From NCBI GenBank assembly GCA_951406725.2, contig OX597824.1, positions 89,652,001 through 89,716,000 on the forward strand: DNA of 64,000 bases. The letters run 5' to 3'. Within the stretch, counting starts at the first letter, position 1. Each line of letters starts with the position of its first letter. A program made the translations under genes and the position numbers. The notes under the pieces were generated by a model that saw only the letters and a list, made by a program, of their open reading frames with translations, was not told where the DNA came from and did not search any database. Positions 28,861-43,330 of the stretch are shown here, one piece after another. This DNA comes from Octopus vulgaris (lineage: Eukaryota).

Positions 28861-29449
28861 GCAGTTCCGAGTTCATTCCCACTACGTGGCACCTTGGGCA
28901 AGTGTGCTCTAGTATAGCCTCGGGCCGACCAAAGCCTTCTGAGTGGATTTGGTAGACGGAAACTGAAAGAAGCCCGTCGTATATATATATATATATATAT
29001 ATAGTAAAAGCTTGAGATTCAAAGGACCTCAAATTTTTAATGCCCTACCACAGAACATCAGGGATCTGCAAGGTGTAGACGTGTAGACATAGAAATCTTC
29101 AAAAAACGTCTAGACAGTTATTTTTACCTGCAAATCCGCATGTCTCCACGTCGCGGCAGGAAGCACAAAGAAGAGTGTCAACGTCCAACACGCTACTGCA
29201 GTAAAAGCTGTGCACCAGTATGGCCTCAGCCCCTGGTTGAAACCCATAAAAGATAAAAGATATATGTATGTATATTTATATACAAACATATACATATATA
29301 TTTTTGAAGAGGTCTTAGGCCAACAGGTTTTGGGGTCTGACGATACGCCCGAAAGCTAAACCCTTTGTCGACGGGAAACCCAAGGTGATCCTATAAACCG
29401 GCCTACTCTATTTTTAAAACACACACACACACACACACATATACTGTTA

Positions 29450-29779
<330 letters not shown>

Positions 29780-29843
29780 TAGATATGTGTGTGTGCATGT
29801 ATATAGTTTAGACGTATTATATATCCATATATGTGGAGGTAGA

Positions 29844-30270
29844 ATGGCTTAGTGGTTAGGGCAGCGGACTCGTGGTCGTGGATCGCGGTTTCGATTCCCA
29901 TGGTCCAGTGGTTAGGGCAGTGGACTCGCGGTCGTAGGATCGCGGTTTCGATTCCCAGACCGGGCGTTGTGTTTATTGTTTGAAAACACCTAAAGTTCCA
30001 CGAGGCTCCGACAGAGGTTTGTGGCGAACCGTGCTATACTCTTTCACCACAACTTTCTCTCACTCTTTCTTCCTGTTTCTCTTGTACCTGTATTTCAAAA
30101 AAGAGCCAGACTTGTCACACTCTGTGTCACGCTGAATCTCCCCCTAGAACTACGTTAAGGGCACACGTATCTGTGGAGTGCTCAGCCACTTGCACGTTAA
30201 TTTCATGAGCAAGATGTTCCGTTGATCGGATCAACTGGAACCCTCGTCGTCGTAACCGACGGAGTACCAC
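29844..30270 (+). mobile_element. SINE family D with duplicated tRNA head
   Basis: Two tandem AGTGGTTAGGGCAG..GGTTTCGATTCCCA heads; body matches 33076-33440 (-). Confidence 0.8.
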
Positions 30271-30467
30271 AATCCATACATAGATATATAAATGTATATT
30301 TGCGTGTATGAGTTCGCACGTGTGCATCTACAACACCCCTGCCCTCCGAAAATATGTGTCGTTCTTAAGAGGGAAAGATACGGAAATTACCGACTCATGT
30401 TTGAAAGAATGGCGAAATTCTTGGAAAATTAATTAGTTATGGTGTAGCTCGAGGAGGAAGCGTGTTA

Positions 30468-30522
<55 letters not shown>

Positions 30523-30577
30523 ATATAAGTTATGTATTATGCATTATATATATAAGTTATATATACATTATTATTAT

Positions 30578-30871
30578 ACAGTAATCGCTCGACTATCGCG
30601 GGTGTTACAGTTCAAATACCCCGTGATATGTGAAAATCCGCGATGCAGAAACAGTACTGTACTGTATATTACTCTTTACTCTTTTGCTTGTTTCAGTCAT
30701 TTGACTGCGGCCATGCTGGAGCACCGCCTTTAGTCGAGCAAATCGACCCCGGGACTTATTCTTTGTAAGCCTAGTACTTATTCTATCGGTCTCTTTTGCC
30801 GAACCGCCAAGTGACGGGGACGTAAACACACCAGAATCGGTTGTCAAGCAATGCTAGGGGGACAAACACAC

Positions 30872-30904
<33 letters not shown>

Positions 30905-31194
30905 CGACAGGCTTCTTTCAGTTTCCGTCTACCAAATCCACTCACAAGGCATTGGTCGACCCGGGGCTATAGCAGAAGACACTTGCCCAAGATGCCACGC
31001 AGTGGGACTGAACTCGGAACCATGTGGTTGGTTAGCAAGCTACTTACCACACAGCCACTCCTACGTTTTCAAAATTTTTATAATTTGTTTATATTTATTT
31101 GATTATAAATGCAAAACAACACCACAGAGGAATCGATGTAAGCTTAAATAATAAACCGCGATAGGGGAACCGCGATATGGCGTGGGGTTACTGT
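30578..31194. mobile_element. pogo/Tigger-like MITE interrupted by SINE B (30671-31062, -)
   Basis: TA|CAGTAATC..CGAC ... GGGGTTACTG|TA termini; uninterrupted homologue at 51490-51714. Confidence 0.75.
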
Positions 31195-31291
31195 ATATAG
31201 ATTATATATAGAGTCCGCCAAAAAATGAATACGCACTTCATGAATGGAAAAATCTGTATAAATATTCAACTTGTATAAATAGCTGTAACCA

Positions 31292-31575
31292 ATGGCCCAG
31301 TGGTTAGGGCAGCGGATTCGCGATCGGAGGATCGCGGTTTCTATTCCCAGACCGGGCGTTGTGTGTATTCATTGAGCGAAAACACCTAAAGCTCCAGCAG
31401 TGGGGGAAGGGTGACCCCTGTTGTACTCTTTCACCCCAACTTTCTTCTTGTTTCTTGAGTAACGCTGCGATGGACTGGCGTCCCGTCCAGCTGGGGGGAA
31501 CACATACGCCACAGTAACCGGGAAACCGGGCCCATGAGCCCGGCTACGCTTGAAAAGGGCGCATGAATAAATAAA
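31292..31575 (+). mobile_element. SINE with family-D head and a different, V-domain-like 3' half
   Basis: Same head as the 29.9-kb copy, then CTGCGATGGACTGGCGTCCCGTCCAG and a (TAAA)n end. Confidence 0.65.
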
Positions 31576-32274
31576 TAAATACCTATATAAATATAAATGC
31601 GGACCTGATGCACAGGTCTTTTCCGATTGTTTTTTTTTTTTTTGTTTTTTTTTACCAGATTCCTGTGTTTTCGATGACGGAGATTCCGAATATTCATAAA
31701 AACCACGTTTCCAAAATTTTTAATTTCCCCCTTCCCGCCTTAAATTTTTAATTCTTAACTTTTTTTCGAAATTTTTTTTCAGTCTACGTGGAAAAATATG
31801 GAGACTAAGAATATGGGGCGGGGGAACGAATTTTAATTTCAAATTTTCCATGAAAATCGCCAAAATTGACCCACACTCCATCCCGCTGTCGAAAAGTGAA
31901 AATGAACGGCTGTTATGTCCATTTCTGCATTCGTAGATTTAAAGTGAAACATCATGTGAAGCCCTCACCACGAAACTCGACATGCTAAAAATAACAGCTA
32001 AATGTCTGGAGAATTTTTGTGTTTGTTTGTGTGTGTGCTCGCGCTAAAATTTCTACAGCTTATCCGAATGAACAAAGAAAGAACCACACAGAAATATATT
32101 TTACATACCTGTCGTATACGTCGGTTTTGTTTATTCACTTTAAAAGTAAACGGTTCTGATAGAAGCGATTACTTTGCTGTCAATTCGTTGGATTAATCCC
32201 AACAAAATACTACAAGTTTAGTCACTGGATTAGCACCTTTGTGTTCTTCATTCCAAAATAATAAAAATGTTAAG

Positions 32275-32870
32275 TCCACAGGGGATTACAATCCCAGAGC
32301 CTAAAGGACCTGTGTGTCGACATGATTGAAGACACCTCTTTCCAAGTGCACATTACCAGGATGGCGACAAAGTGCAGACGACTGGCTGGATGGGTCCTGA
32401 GAACGTTCAGAACCAGAGAGAAGGAAACCATGATGGTCCTCTGGAGGACATTCGTCCTCAGCCGTCTGGGTTACTGTTCCCAGCTTTGGTCACCCAACAG
32501 TGTAAAATTAACAATTGACCTTGAAGCAATCCAGCGAAGCTTCACAAAGAAGATCGTCTCATTGCAACAGCTCAGCTACTGGGATAGGCTGAAACAGCTA
32601 AGACTCTAATCCTTGGAGCAAAGGCGGGAGAAGTATGCAGTAATATACATCTGGAAGATCCTGGAAGTGATTGCACCAAATCTTGGTATTGAAAGCTAAC
32701 ACAAATACCAGAACGGGTCGACACTGCACAGTGCCAAAGATCCCAGCAATGCCATCGAGCTTCAGGATCAGTTACTGCATCAGCCTGGGTTTCAGGGGAC
32801 CACAGCTTTTTAATATTCTCCCAAAGAGCCTGAGAGACCTACACAAAGTGGATGTAGGTATTTTCTGAAA
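32275..32870 (+). mobile_element. Decayed CR1-clade fragment
   Basis: Peptide RRLAGWVLRTFRTREKETMMVLWRT..YCSQLWSP, homologous to 43768-45513 and 55450-56930. Confidence 0.9.
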
Positions 32871-33075
32871 TTAAAACAGTTTTTTGTTTTTTATTTCATA
32901 AAAGCACATATAATCTACCCGAACGAATTTTTATTAAAAACATATATAAGAGAAAAATTGATGACGAGCAAAACTCCTTGGGGGACACGGAAATACATTT
33001 TAAACCTATTTGTATCTGTGTGTGTGAGTGCATTTGCGTATGTATATATATATATATGAATATGTATATGTATGG

Positions 33076-33440
33076 CGGTACTCCGTCGTTTGCAACGACG
33101 AGAGTTCCAGTTGATCCGATCAGCGGAATAGCCTGCTCGTGAGATTAACGTGGAAGTGGCTGAGCCCTCCACAGACGCGTGTACCCTTAACGTAGTTTTC
33201 AGGGAGATTCAGCGTGACACAGAATGTGTCAAGGCTGGCTCTTTGAAATACAGGTACAAGAGAAACAGGAAGAAAGAGTGAGAGAAAGTTGTGGTGAAAG
33301 AATATAGCAGGGTTCGCCACTATCCCCTTCCGGAGCCTCGTGAAGCTTTAGATATTTTCGCTCAATAAACACTCATGACGTCCTTTCTGGGAATCGAAAC
33401 CGCGATCCTACGGCCGCGAGTCCGCTGCCCTAACCACTGT
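33076..33440 (-). mobile_element. SINE family D
   Basis: Reverse-complement match to 29900-30270; extra head fragment at 33580-33648. Confidence 0.8.
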
Positions 33441-33690
33441 TTACATATATGAATTGTAATTATGATAGTACTTATGTATATCTATTAGTTAAATATTTTG
33501 AAAAATAGGGGGTATTTACGTCTACTCATAGTTTCATGGACACTTAAAGCAATTAGCGAATTCATGGTACTTAATTCCCAGAACGTCCGTTCTGGGAATC
33601 GAAACCGCGATCCTACGACTGCGAATCCGCTGGGCCATTGCGCCTCCACCGTTTATGTATATACTCTCTATGTATGTAAGCATACATGCA

Positions 33691-33734
<44 letters not shown>

Positions 33735-33874
33735 TACCACCTGTATACATATATATATGTGTGTGTGTATTTGTGTATGTAAGGTGTCGCAAAATATATA
33801 TATACATACTTTAACAGTTGATAACCCACTTAGCTTTCATTTTTATTTTGTTTTAAGTTTAATCTATTAGAGAT

Positions 33875-34910
33875 AAGGCCTTGTACATCGGAAATTTAAA
33901 CTAAAGTGCTACTGGAAGTTTGAAAACGTAGGCGAAGTGCTAAGATGATTTAGGAGGAAGTTTCGAACACTTCCACCTACCTTAACGCCACTTGAAGAAG
34001 CGGTGAATTTAAAGGAGATGGGAGAGTTCAGAATGTCCACACGGAACTTTCCAAAACACCGTTGTCATCGATATTCCTCACAAAACAAGAAAGAGTATAA
34101 GAAAAGAAATTACCAGAGTTTAAGAAGATCTGTGCGGCACAAGAGTTGTGAAATAAGAATTCCAAAATCAAGCGTCCATCACATTTTGAAGTCCTGCTAT
34201 TGGAAAAGTTATATTCCAAGAATAGTCCTTGCTCTCAGTTAGGATGGTCCGGGCCAAGGAGTGGAGTTTTGCGAGTGGTAGTTAGCAGAAGATATAGAAG
34301 ATACAAGCTTTCCAAGAAAGGTTGTTTGGTGTGCTGAGGTTACATTTAGGTTAAATGGCTCGATTCAGTTCCACAACTGTACCTACTGGGGACCTGAGAA
34401 TCCACATATTACGGAGGAACATCATGTTGATTTACCAAGAATTAAGGTATGATGCAGCTTATCGTTAAAAGGATTTATTGGACCGTTTATTTTTTAATGG
34501 TACTGTGTTGGACTGTTTTTAATTGAAGTTGCTGCGACAATCTATCGTGCCAAGTATTCAAGAGGACTTTGAAAGTATGGGGTTTTGTTCCCACCCAGCA
34601 AAATGCGTTACTCCACACTACCACAGTTATCTAAGGATCTACTTTGATGAAATCTCGCCACACTGGTGGATTGGATGAACAGACTCAGTAGAATATCCTC
34701 ACACCACAAGAAAACACTTTTAATATATGGGGATACTTAAAAGATAAGTTTACAGTATAAAACCAGCAACAGTCAACGAATTGAGGGCAACCACTGAACG
34801 AGAATTCGCACAAATACCGAACAAAATGTTTCCAGACGTTTGAGATCCCATTGCTTCGCGCTATCAGCAGTGCCTGGACCAGAATGATCAAGAGTTTGAA
34901 AACAAGCATA
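33875..34910 (+). mobile_element. Tc1/mariner-superfamily transposase pseudogene
   Basis: LKCYWKFENVGEV..FRRKF..PPT (HTH), [58 protein letters not shown]; many stops. Confidence 0.8.
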
Positions 34911-35897
34911 CATAGAAGAAATTAAATTCTGTCGGTAGATTCTATTAAATTTTAATGCAAGGGTCCATTTTCCAAGCCACTGATGCTTATCAAAGGCAAA
35001 GTCAGACTTGGATTGATACATCAGTGTTGTCACCAGGACAAATACCACAAAATATCTCACTCAACTCTCTAACATTCCCACCAAACCACCGACTTGGAAT
35101 GGTACAGCTTTAGCAACCCCAAAAGGATGAAAAATAAAATAGATCTTGGTAGGGTTTGAACTCAGAATGTAAAGAATCACTTCTACCAATCTATCGTCTC
35201 CTTATATATTTCTTGGTATCACAGTATCAATTAAACTATCAGATGTTGTTATATATCACTGATCACAATGCACTTTGCATTGTTCTACCTTTCATATGAT
35301 GCCATCCTGCTGGCTTGGCAAGCTGGCCAACATGGTCGGAAGGCTATTTCATCACCGGTTTATCCAATTAGACAACACAAAATGTTTTGGTCAACAACAT
35401 GCCACCCAGTTCAGGAATCAAACGCATGACCTGGCAATTGTGAGTTCAATACCCTGACCACTATGCTAAGCATTTCCACCTTATGTATTTACTGTTGGAT
35501 AATTCCAGTTTGAGAAGAAACAAGAATCTAGCACCCATTGTTCAGATACAATGACAATTTATAATCGTTGTCATGTTGTTTGGGATTTCAGATGTGGATT
35601 TCCCCGCATTGAATAGACACTAGTACGTTGGCCTGAACCTATTTATGCTGGGTGTTCCTTTGACCCGGTCAAGTTACTGCATAGAAGAAAACTCCCTTGT
35701 GGCGTCATTGATTACAAATGTCAGCCGGATGTTTGTTTACGAGCTGGAATTTATTAAACATGGGTTGGGTTCTCAACAGAGTAAGATGAATCCCTTCGTA
35801 AACTGCACCCTTGCCAATTCATATGGCCAATATTTTGTGGAATAGATGAATATATATGTAACACATTATTTTGATTGCATTATTTATATTTGGTGAA

Positions 35898-36235
35898 TGC
35901 GCATGGCTTAGTGGTTAGAGCGTCGAGCTTACGATCATGAGATTGTGAGCTCGAATCCCGGACCGAGCTGTGTGTTGTGTTCTTGAGCAAGACACTTTAT
36001 TTTACGTTGCTCCAGTTCACTCAGCTGTAGAAATGAGTTGCGACGTCACAAGTGCCAAGCTGTATCGGCCCCTTTGCTTTTCCCTTGGATAACACTGGTG
36101 GCGTGGAGAGGGGAGGCTGGTATGCATGGGCGGCTGCTGGTCTTCCATAAACAACCTCGCCTGGACTTGTGCCTTGGAGGGTAACAACTTCCTAGGTGCA
36201 ATCCCATGGTCTGTGTCGTGACCAAAGTGGATCTC
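35898..36235 (+). mobile_element. SINE family C
   Basis: A/B boxes and body match 4594-4915. Confidence 0.8.
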
Positions 36236-36319
36236 AGATTTACATTTGACAGATATTTAAATATAGAACTGTAGTTTGATTACATCTTGGTTTTTCTCTC
36301 TTTTATTTATAACTTAGGT

Positions 36320-36511
36320 CAATGTTTCTTAACCATTTTTTGCCTATTCAATCCTTTCAATTCCTGTTCTACTGGAATATTGTTAGGAATTGCATAATTG
36401 CTGAAATAGTTTGTGTGTTGTAGAAGCATAACCAGTTTTATTGCAGATAAATTTTAACAAAATCTTTTACGGACTCCCAAAAGTCATATGGACCCTGGTT
36501 GAGAATCACTG
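36320..36511. mobile_element. hAT-Charlie-like MITE
   Basis: Imperfect TIRs caatgtttcttaacc / ggttgagaatcactg; similar termini at 26196 and 60737-60751. Confidence 0.55.
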
Positions 36512-37178
36512 GCTTAGTTGAAGGATGAGGAAGGATATTTAATCCCTTTCAGAGCGTCCATGACAAGGGTGAGGAAAGGGATGAAGATTTTGGAGAAACT
36601 CCAGCAAATGACTTTTGGAAGGATTTTTTTCACGTTCAAAGCATGGAATAAGCTAGCCATGTCAGTTGATAGTTGCCAGGGACACTGTAGTCTTAAAAAA
36701 TCCCATGCTTTCTGGAACTTGCCATCACTATCCTGATCTGCGTATCTAAACATCCTGCCTTCTTCATGGCTCTTTTAATACTGTTTTACTTCTTTCAGTC
36801 ATTTTGACTTTGGCCATGCTGGAGCACCACTTTTAGTCGAACGAATTGACTCCAGGACTTATTCTTTGTAAGCCTCGTACTTATTCTATCGGTCTCTTTT
36901 GCTGAACCACTAAGTTTCGGGTACATAAACACGCCAGCATTGGTTGTCAAGCGATGGTGAAATGACAAACACCGACACAAAAAATACATACATATATATA
37001 TATAATGCTCTTGGCTTAGTTTTTTCCTTGGGGCTGGCCAGATTGGAGTAATCTCAAGATTAATCAACCGAAATTGCGAGGATGATCCGGTTCTTGACTG
37101 AAGATTAAAGGCTTTGAATAACCCGTCCGTGTTTTTTGTTTCGTCTATTTGGATGTTTTGCGTTCTTGTCCCATTTTG

Positions 37179-37221
<43 letters not shown>

Positions 37222-37229
<8 letters not shown>

Positions 37230-37645
37230 AACCCGTCGTTGCCGGGTCATAGTGCTAGTGCATGTATATATGTGTATATATATGTGTACATATTACATGT
37301 ACATCTATATATATATACATCTACACATAAAATACAAAATACAAAGTTATATCTTGATATCGCTAGTGATAACAATACTCAAAATATATAACAGACTGGA
37401 ATTGTTAGCCCGTCTCTTGTAATTTCGATCAATTGTATCTTGTCCTCCCTCTTGTATAGAAGTGTGGCTACAATCCAGCCTACGGGCTCGTTCAAGGCAA
37501 GAAGTTAAACATTTTTTTTGCCCATGAAACTACATGGACTCTAAGTAAGGCATGTGTAAAATTTGAATGAAATTGGTTGTGTAGTTCTCAAGTTTTAGGG
37601 AAACACACAGACAGACAGACACACATTCTCAGTTTTATATATATA
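37222..37645 (-). mobile_element. Non-autonomous Helitron
   Basis: Minus strand starts (TA)n-AAAACTGAGAATGTGTGTCTGTCTGTC; 3' hairpin CCCGGCAACGACGGG; terminal CTAG degraded. Confidence 0.65.
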
Positions 37646-38594
37646 TATACATATATACGACGGGCTTCTTTCAGTTTCAGTCTACCAAATCCACTCACAA
37701 GGCTTTGGTCAGCCTGAGGCTACAAGAAGACACTTGCCCAAGGTTCTATGCAGTGGGACTGAACCCGGAACCATGTGGTTGGTAAGCAAGATACTTATCA
37801 CACAGCCACTCCTGCACCTATAGAATCACTTTTCTGTCTTTTTGTGTAATGTGTATGTATTTTTAGCTTTCATTGCTCGTTTTTTTTTTTTACTAGAATT
37901 TTATGTATCTGCTTTTGGCCTCCTCTTTTAACCTTTGCAAACAGGCTGTAGTGTACCTGAGCATTGTGTACAATAAACTCACTATTATAAATATATTCAA
38001 AGATCAAGTGACAGTATTTTACCAGGCATCAAATGAAATCTATCAGCCAATTACAGAAACGATGTATTACCAACGTTTTCCCATCCACTAAATTCCATTA
38101 GAGACTTTGGTCATTCTCAAGTCATAAACGAAAACATTTGCCAAAGTAACTGCGCCCTGGAATTGAACCTGAATCTGTAGAATGGATGTGGAAAGAATTC
38201 TATATATTTCCTCTAACAGCAGTTATCTCTTTCTGTAATGAAATGCCTCTCACAGCATAAAATGTTTAATCACTGTGTCAGAGGCGAAACCATACTGATG
38301 ATTTCTAAAAAGAATGAAATAGTGCTGCATATGATTAACACCAGCTAGAAACTGTAAGAACTTAGTAATATTCCTTTATACTTTTACTTGTTTCAGTCAT
38401 TTGACTGTGGCCATGCTGGAGCACTGCCTTTAGTCAAGTAAATCGACCCCAGCACTTAGTCTTTGTAAGCCTAGTACTTATTCTATCGGTCTCTTTTGCC
38501 GAACTGCTAAGTTATGGGGACACACCAACATCAGTTGTTAAGTGACAGTAGGGGAACAAACAGAGACACATAAATATATACATATATATGTATA

Positions 38595-38790
38595 TAGTTG
38601 AAATTTATAGAAAAACTAAAAAACGAAGACAGTTGTATGAACAAAAGCAAGGGTATTTGTTTGACACTCAAGAAAAATGAAAAAGTCTTTTACGTTTCAA
38701 GCCTATGCTCTTCAACAGAAAGGAATAAGAGGAAATAGACAGGGAATGAAAAAAACCATTTAGAGTTCAACAGTCCAGCATGGTGAATAT
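38595..38790 (-). mobile_element. Penelope-like terminal fragment with CUGUUGA-core hammerhead (38687-38722)
   Basis: Minus strand: cttt-CTGTTGA-agagc-atag-gctt-GAAAC-GTA-aaag. Confidence 0.65.
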
Positions 38791-38798
38791 ATATATAT

Positions 38799-39100
38799 GC
38801 CCCCCGGCCCATCAGGAATCGCCACTGAGATGCTTAAAATATCTGGTGGTGTTGGTTATGGTGTAGTCACTCTTATAGTTAATCAGATCGTACACGAAGG
38901 AGTCATGCCCAATGACTTGTGTAACAGTACCATAGTCAACTGCTACAAAGGTAGAGGTGACACCTTAGATAGAAATAATAACAGGGCTATCAAATTGTTG
39001 GATCAGGTGATGAAAGTTATGGAGAGGGCCATAGATCAACTAATTAGGGAGAGTGAGTCTTGGTGAGATGCAGTTTGGCTTTGTGCCAGGTAAAATCACC
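38799..39100 (+). mobile_element. RTE-clade RT N-terminal fragment
   Basis: PGPSGIATEMLK..STIVNCYKGRGD..RAIKLLDQVMKVMER..EMQFGFVPGK. Confidence 0.85.
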
Positions 39101-40502
39101 GTGTTTGTGTGTTTTTATGTATGTGCATGTGTGTGTGTGTGTGTTTGTATATGTATGTGTGTACACAGAGATGAATATGCAGAATACATACATACAAATG
39201 TACACACATATATATAGAAACATATGCACACACATACATACCTAAACACACACACATACATACATACATACATACATACATACATACATACATACATACA
39301 TACATACATACATACATACATACATACATGCAGGTATAGGCACACACATACAGATACACACACAAGCACACAAACAAACAAAAAGGAACATAGTGTGAGT
39401 AACAGACAGAGTTAAAACTATTGAAAAGGTTGTAAGATGCAACGAAAAGTTTAGAAAAATATAAAAGAAATAAGTGGAAACTTTACCAGTGAGTGTGTAA
39501 AATTATAAGGCACCAAAAGAGAATGACTCTACCCAAACACAACAAAATATGCTCCAACACACGAACTCACATAAAGAATCTTACAAACCAAATCCAAAAA
39601 CGAAATTTCAATGCTTCTTATTTTAAAAGTTACTTTTATCCTAGCTTTTTTTTGTTGTTTTTTTTTTTGCATTTCCTCAAAAGTTCTTTTTTCCTGAAGA
39701 ATCAAAACAATTATCTTGAAATACATCACTCTTATCATAAATGTTTATTATTTCAACCGGATTTAGTTCCTTGTAAATACAAACACATAATATATAAAGC
39801 ACAAACTGTGACTCTATGGTACTTGACAACACATTGTTTATGAGTGGACATTCTTTACAAAGAGTGGACATAAATATTTTCCTAGTAACTGTGTGTAAAG
39901 CTAATCAATTTCCAAACTCAGTCATTGATGAGTTATTTTCAGAATGAATTTTTACCCTGACAGGACCTACGACATCCTTTCCAACCACAGAGGGCATTGA
40001 CAGAAAGTTAAATACAGGAAACCTCACTGTCAATAGGGACAGTCAATGACCACCACCTCTCAAATGAGAGTCCACAATAAGAGATGAAAGGAAAGCAATT
40101 GATTTGTTATTGGGGGTTTTTTTGGGGTTTTTTTTCTTTGCTATTTAGCAGAATATGTTCATGATTCACACACACTTATATACACACACATATACATACA
40201 CATATGTGTGTGTGTCTGAGTGCACGTGTGTGTGTGTGTGTTGTTTGTCTTCTTCCACTGCTTGGTAACTAGAGTTGGTGTGTTCATATGTCTGTAACTT
40301 AGCAGTGTAACAAAAGAGACTGATAGAATAAGTGCCTGGCTTAAAAAAAGAAAGAAAAAAAGTAAAAAGTACTGGGGTCGTTTTGTTTGACTAAAATTCT
40401 TCAAGGCAGTGCCCCAGCATGGCCGCAGTCTAAAGACTGAAACAAGTAAAAGATAAAAGATACATAGATATATACATATTTATATGCATATATATATATA
40501 TA

Positions 40503-40642
40503 TCATCATCATCATCATCATTTAGCGTCCGCTTTCCATGCTAGCACGGGTTGGACGGTTCAACTGGGGTGTGTGAAGCCAGAAGGCTGCATCAGGCCCA
40601 GTCTGATCTGGCAGTGTTTCTATGGCTGGATGCCCTTCCTAA
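40503..40642 (-). mobile_element. RTE 3' tip with (ATG)n tail
   Basis: Matches 43055-43210, 48105-48350 and 52181-52360. Confidence 0.75.
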
Positions 40643-40670
40643 CACACACACACACACACACACACACTCA

Positions 40671-40737
<67 letters not shown>

Positions 40738-41735
40738 GTAAGACATTTCCGGAGAGGCAGTTATTATGGTCCAGGATTATTGTAATTTTAGTATATCATA
40801 ACTATTCATCTAATAAGCTCACCTGCCACCTTTTTGCTATTCTAGATTGAAGGAGATTTTGAACACACCTTACTAAACACTGCTTGAACACTCGAAAGGA
40901 ATTCAGCCGCTTTGAAATTAATAAATGTCTCACCTGAAAATGTCTCAAAACTTCTGGAATACACTTATACACTTATCTGTGCATGTATGTGTCTGTTTGT
41001 GTGTATGTGTGTATGCATGTGTGTGTGTGTTTGCATGTATGTGTGTGTTTGTGTATGTGTGTGTGTGTGTGTACACATTATTTGCTCTCTACTTTTTAAT
41101 GCAGTTGACTATTTTTCAATATCTTATGCGACTTTCTATGGAATTGGTAACCCTGCATCTATAGTTGCAAAGCAAATTTATAATTCACTATTAGCATAAT
41201 TAACATTTTGCATAATTAATATTTTGCATTACTTGAAAATTACTTAAAATTCACTGAAAAACTATTTGCCCAAACATTCTTCATCAGGTGGGTTTGCCCC
41301 ACAAAAAATGTTGTCCTGAGGAGTTTTTGTTCGAATCCCTTTCTTTGACAACTTATAGCATTTTATATAGTCTCCAGGACTGGTAACATCATTACTCAGA
41401 GTTTCATCAAACTGCTATATATTTCTGTAAGATTTTTCAGTCATAAATCATTCGGTCATTGATTGACAAAACACACACACACACATCTTCAAATGTTATT
41501 CAGGTCACATTCCTAAATTCCAGTCATTCCAGTATTTGTAATTTGTAAAGTGCCTGTCTTACTTTCTGCAAGCATTTTGCGAGATCAAGTTTTTGTACTC
41601 ATTCAAAAGACGTCAGCATATACAATATATATATAAATGACAAAAAAAAAACGAAGATCAAACACAAAAAAAAACAACACAAGGATGTTGGATATGAAAA
41701 GTATTAGCAGATGCTTAGGGAAGGAAAAAAAGGTG

Positions 41736-41770
41736 GTTTAATGTTTCGAGCAAAGCTCTTCTTCAGAAAC
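41736..41770 (-). ncRNA. Minimal type-I hammerhead motif
   Basis: gttt-CTGAAGA-agagc-ttt-gctc-GAAAC-ATT-aaac. Confidence 0.65.
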
Positions 41771-41846
41771 AGAGTAAAGTCCAATAGAAAAGGAAGACAG
41801 AGAAAAAAAAATCACCAACGATGGTTGCACACACATACATATATAC

Positions 41847-41877
<31 letters not shown>

Positions 41878-41898
41878 TATATGTGTGTGTGTGTGTAA

Positions 41899-41934
<36 letters not shown>

Positions 41935-41938
<4 letters not shown>

Positions 41939-42070
41939 GAAATTTACAGAAAAACAAAAGACGAAGACAGGTGTATAAACAGCAAGCAGGTGTATTAGTT
42001 TAACACTCAGGAAGGTGAGAAAGTCTTTTATGTTTCAAGCCTAAGCTCTTCAACAGAAAGGAATCCAGAA
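41935..42070 (-). mobile_element. Penelope-like terminal fragment with CUGUUGA-core hammerhead (42025-42060)
   Basis: Third copy of the family seen at 21.9 and 38.6 kb. Confidence 0.65.
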
Positions 42071-42072
42071 AG

Positions 42073-43210
42073 CTGGATGCCCTTCCTAACGCCAACCACT
42101 CTGAGAGTGTAGTGGGTGTTTTTATGTGCCACCAGCATAAATGCCAGTCAGGCAGTACTGGCAACGGTCACGCTCAAATGGTGTTTTTTAATTGCCACCT
42201 GCACAGGAGCCAGTCCAGCGCTACTGGTAATGACCTCGCTCGAATGTTTTTTCGCGTGCCACTGACATTTTTATGTGCCACTGGCATGGAAGCCAGTCAG
42301 CTGCTCTGGCAACAATCATGCTCAGATGGTGCTCTTAGCGCTCCTCTGGCACAGGTGCCAGTCATTGAATTTGATTTGATTTCAATTTCACTCAACAAGT
42401 CTTTGCAAGCAGAGTTTAGTGTCCAATGAAGGAAAGGTATGCATAGGTGGGCTGGTTACACCCTGACATAGGCCATGAGGTTATGATCTCACTTGATCTT
42501 GCCAGGTCTTCTCATGCACTGCATATTTCCAAAGGTCCCGGTCACTAGTCATTGCTTCGGTCAGGCCTAATGTTCAGAGGTCATGCTTCACCACCTCATC
42601 CCAGGTCTTCCTGGGTCTACCTCTTTCACAAGTTCCCTCAACCGCTAGGTCGTGGCACTTTTTCACACAGCTATCCTCAACCAATCTCACCACATGACCA
42701 TACCAGCACTGTCATCTCTCCTGCACACCACATCCAATGCTTCTTAAGTCTAACATTTCTCTCAAGGTACTTACACTCTGTAGAAGCACACTGACATTAC
42801 ATATCCATCGGAGCATACTGGCTTCATTCCTTGCGAGCTTACGCTTGTCCTCAGCAGTCATGGCCCATGTTTCACTGCCATGTGGCGTGGATGTTTGTAC
42901 ACATGTGTCCATGTGTCATACAGATTACATTTTACTTTGTCACCAGCAGAGGTAAGAGCTCTCTGAACTTTGCCCTGGCTATTCTTATTCTAGCAGCTAC
43001 ACTTTCAATGCACCACTACTGACTTGGTCATCTAGGTAATATATATATATATATCATCATCATCATCGTTTAGCGTCCGTTTTCCATGCTAGCATGGGTT
43101 GGATGGTTCTACTGGGGTCTGTGAAGCCAGAAGGCTTCATCAGGCCCAGTCAAATCTGGCAGTGTTTCTACAGCTGGATGCCCTTCCTAACGCCAACCAC
43201 TCCGTGAGTG
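42073..43210 (-). mobile_element. RTE-clade LINE 3' portion plus a second 3' tip
   Basis: HGSETWAMTAED..RNEASMLRWIC, WYGHVVR and RGRPRKTWDEVVKHDL motifs, with 3' UTR. A separate (ATG)n-tailed tip lies at 43055-43210. Confidence 0.85.
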
Positions 43211-43214
43211 TATA

Positions 43215-43247
<33 letters not shown>

Positions 43248-43330
43248 GATAATATGAGGGAATATTATTCCAAACTTACAGGGAAATATTCAATTTAGAA
43301 ATACTAAATCCAATTTCACAAAATATTATA

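Noticed and set aside
35590-35850. Possible exon after ggatttcAG
   Set aside because: All three frames hit stops within about 35 nt; no further support.
36518-36753. Overlapping ORFs as a host exon
   Set aside because: FFTFKAWNKL resembles an old CR1-type C-terminus and there are no convincing splice sites.
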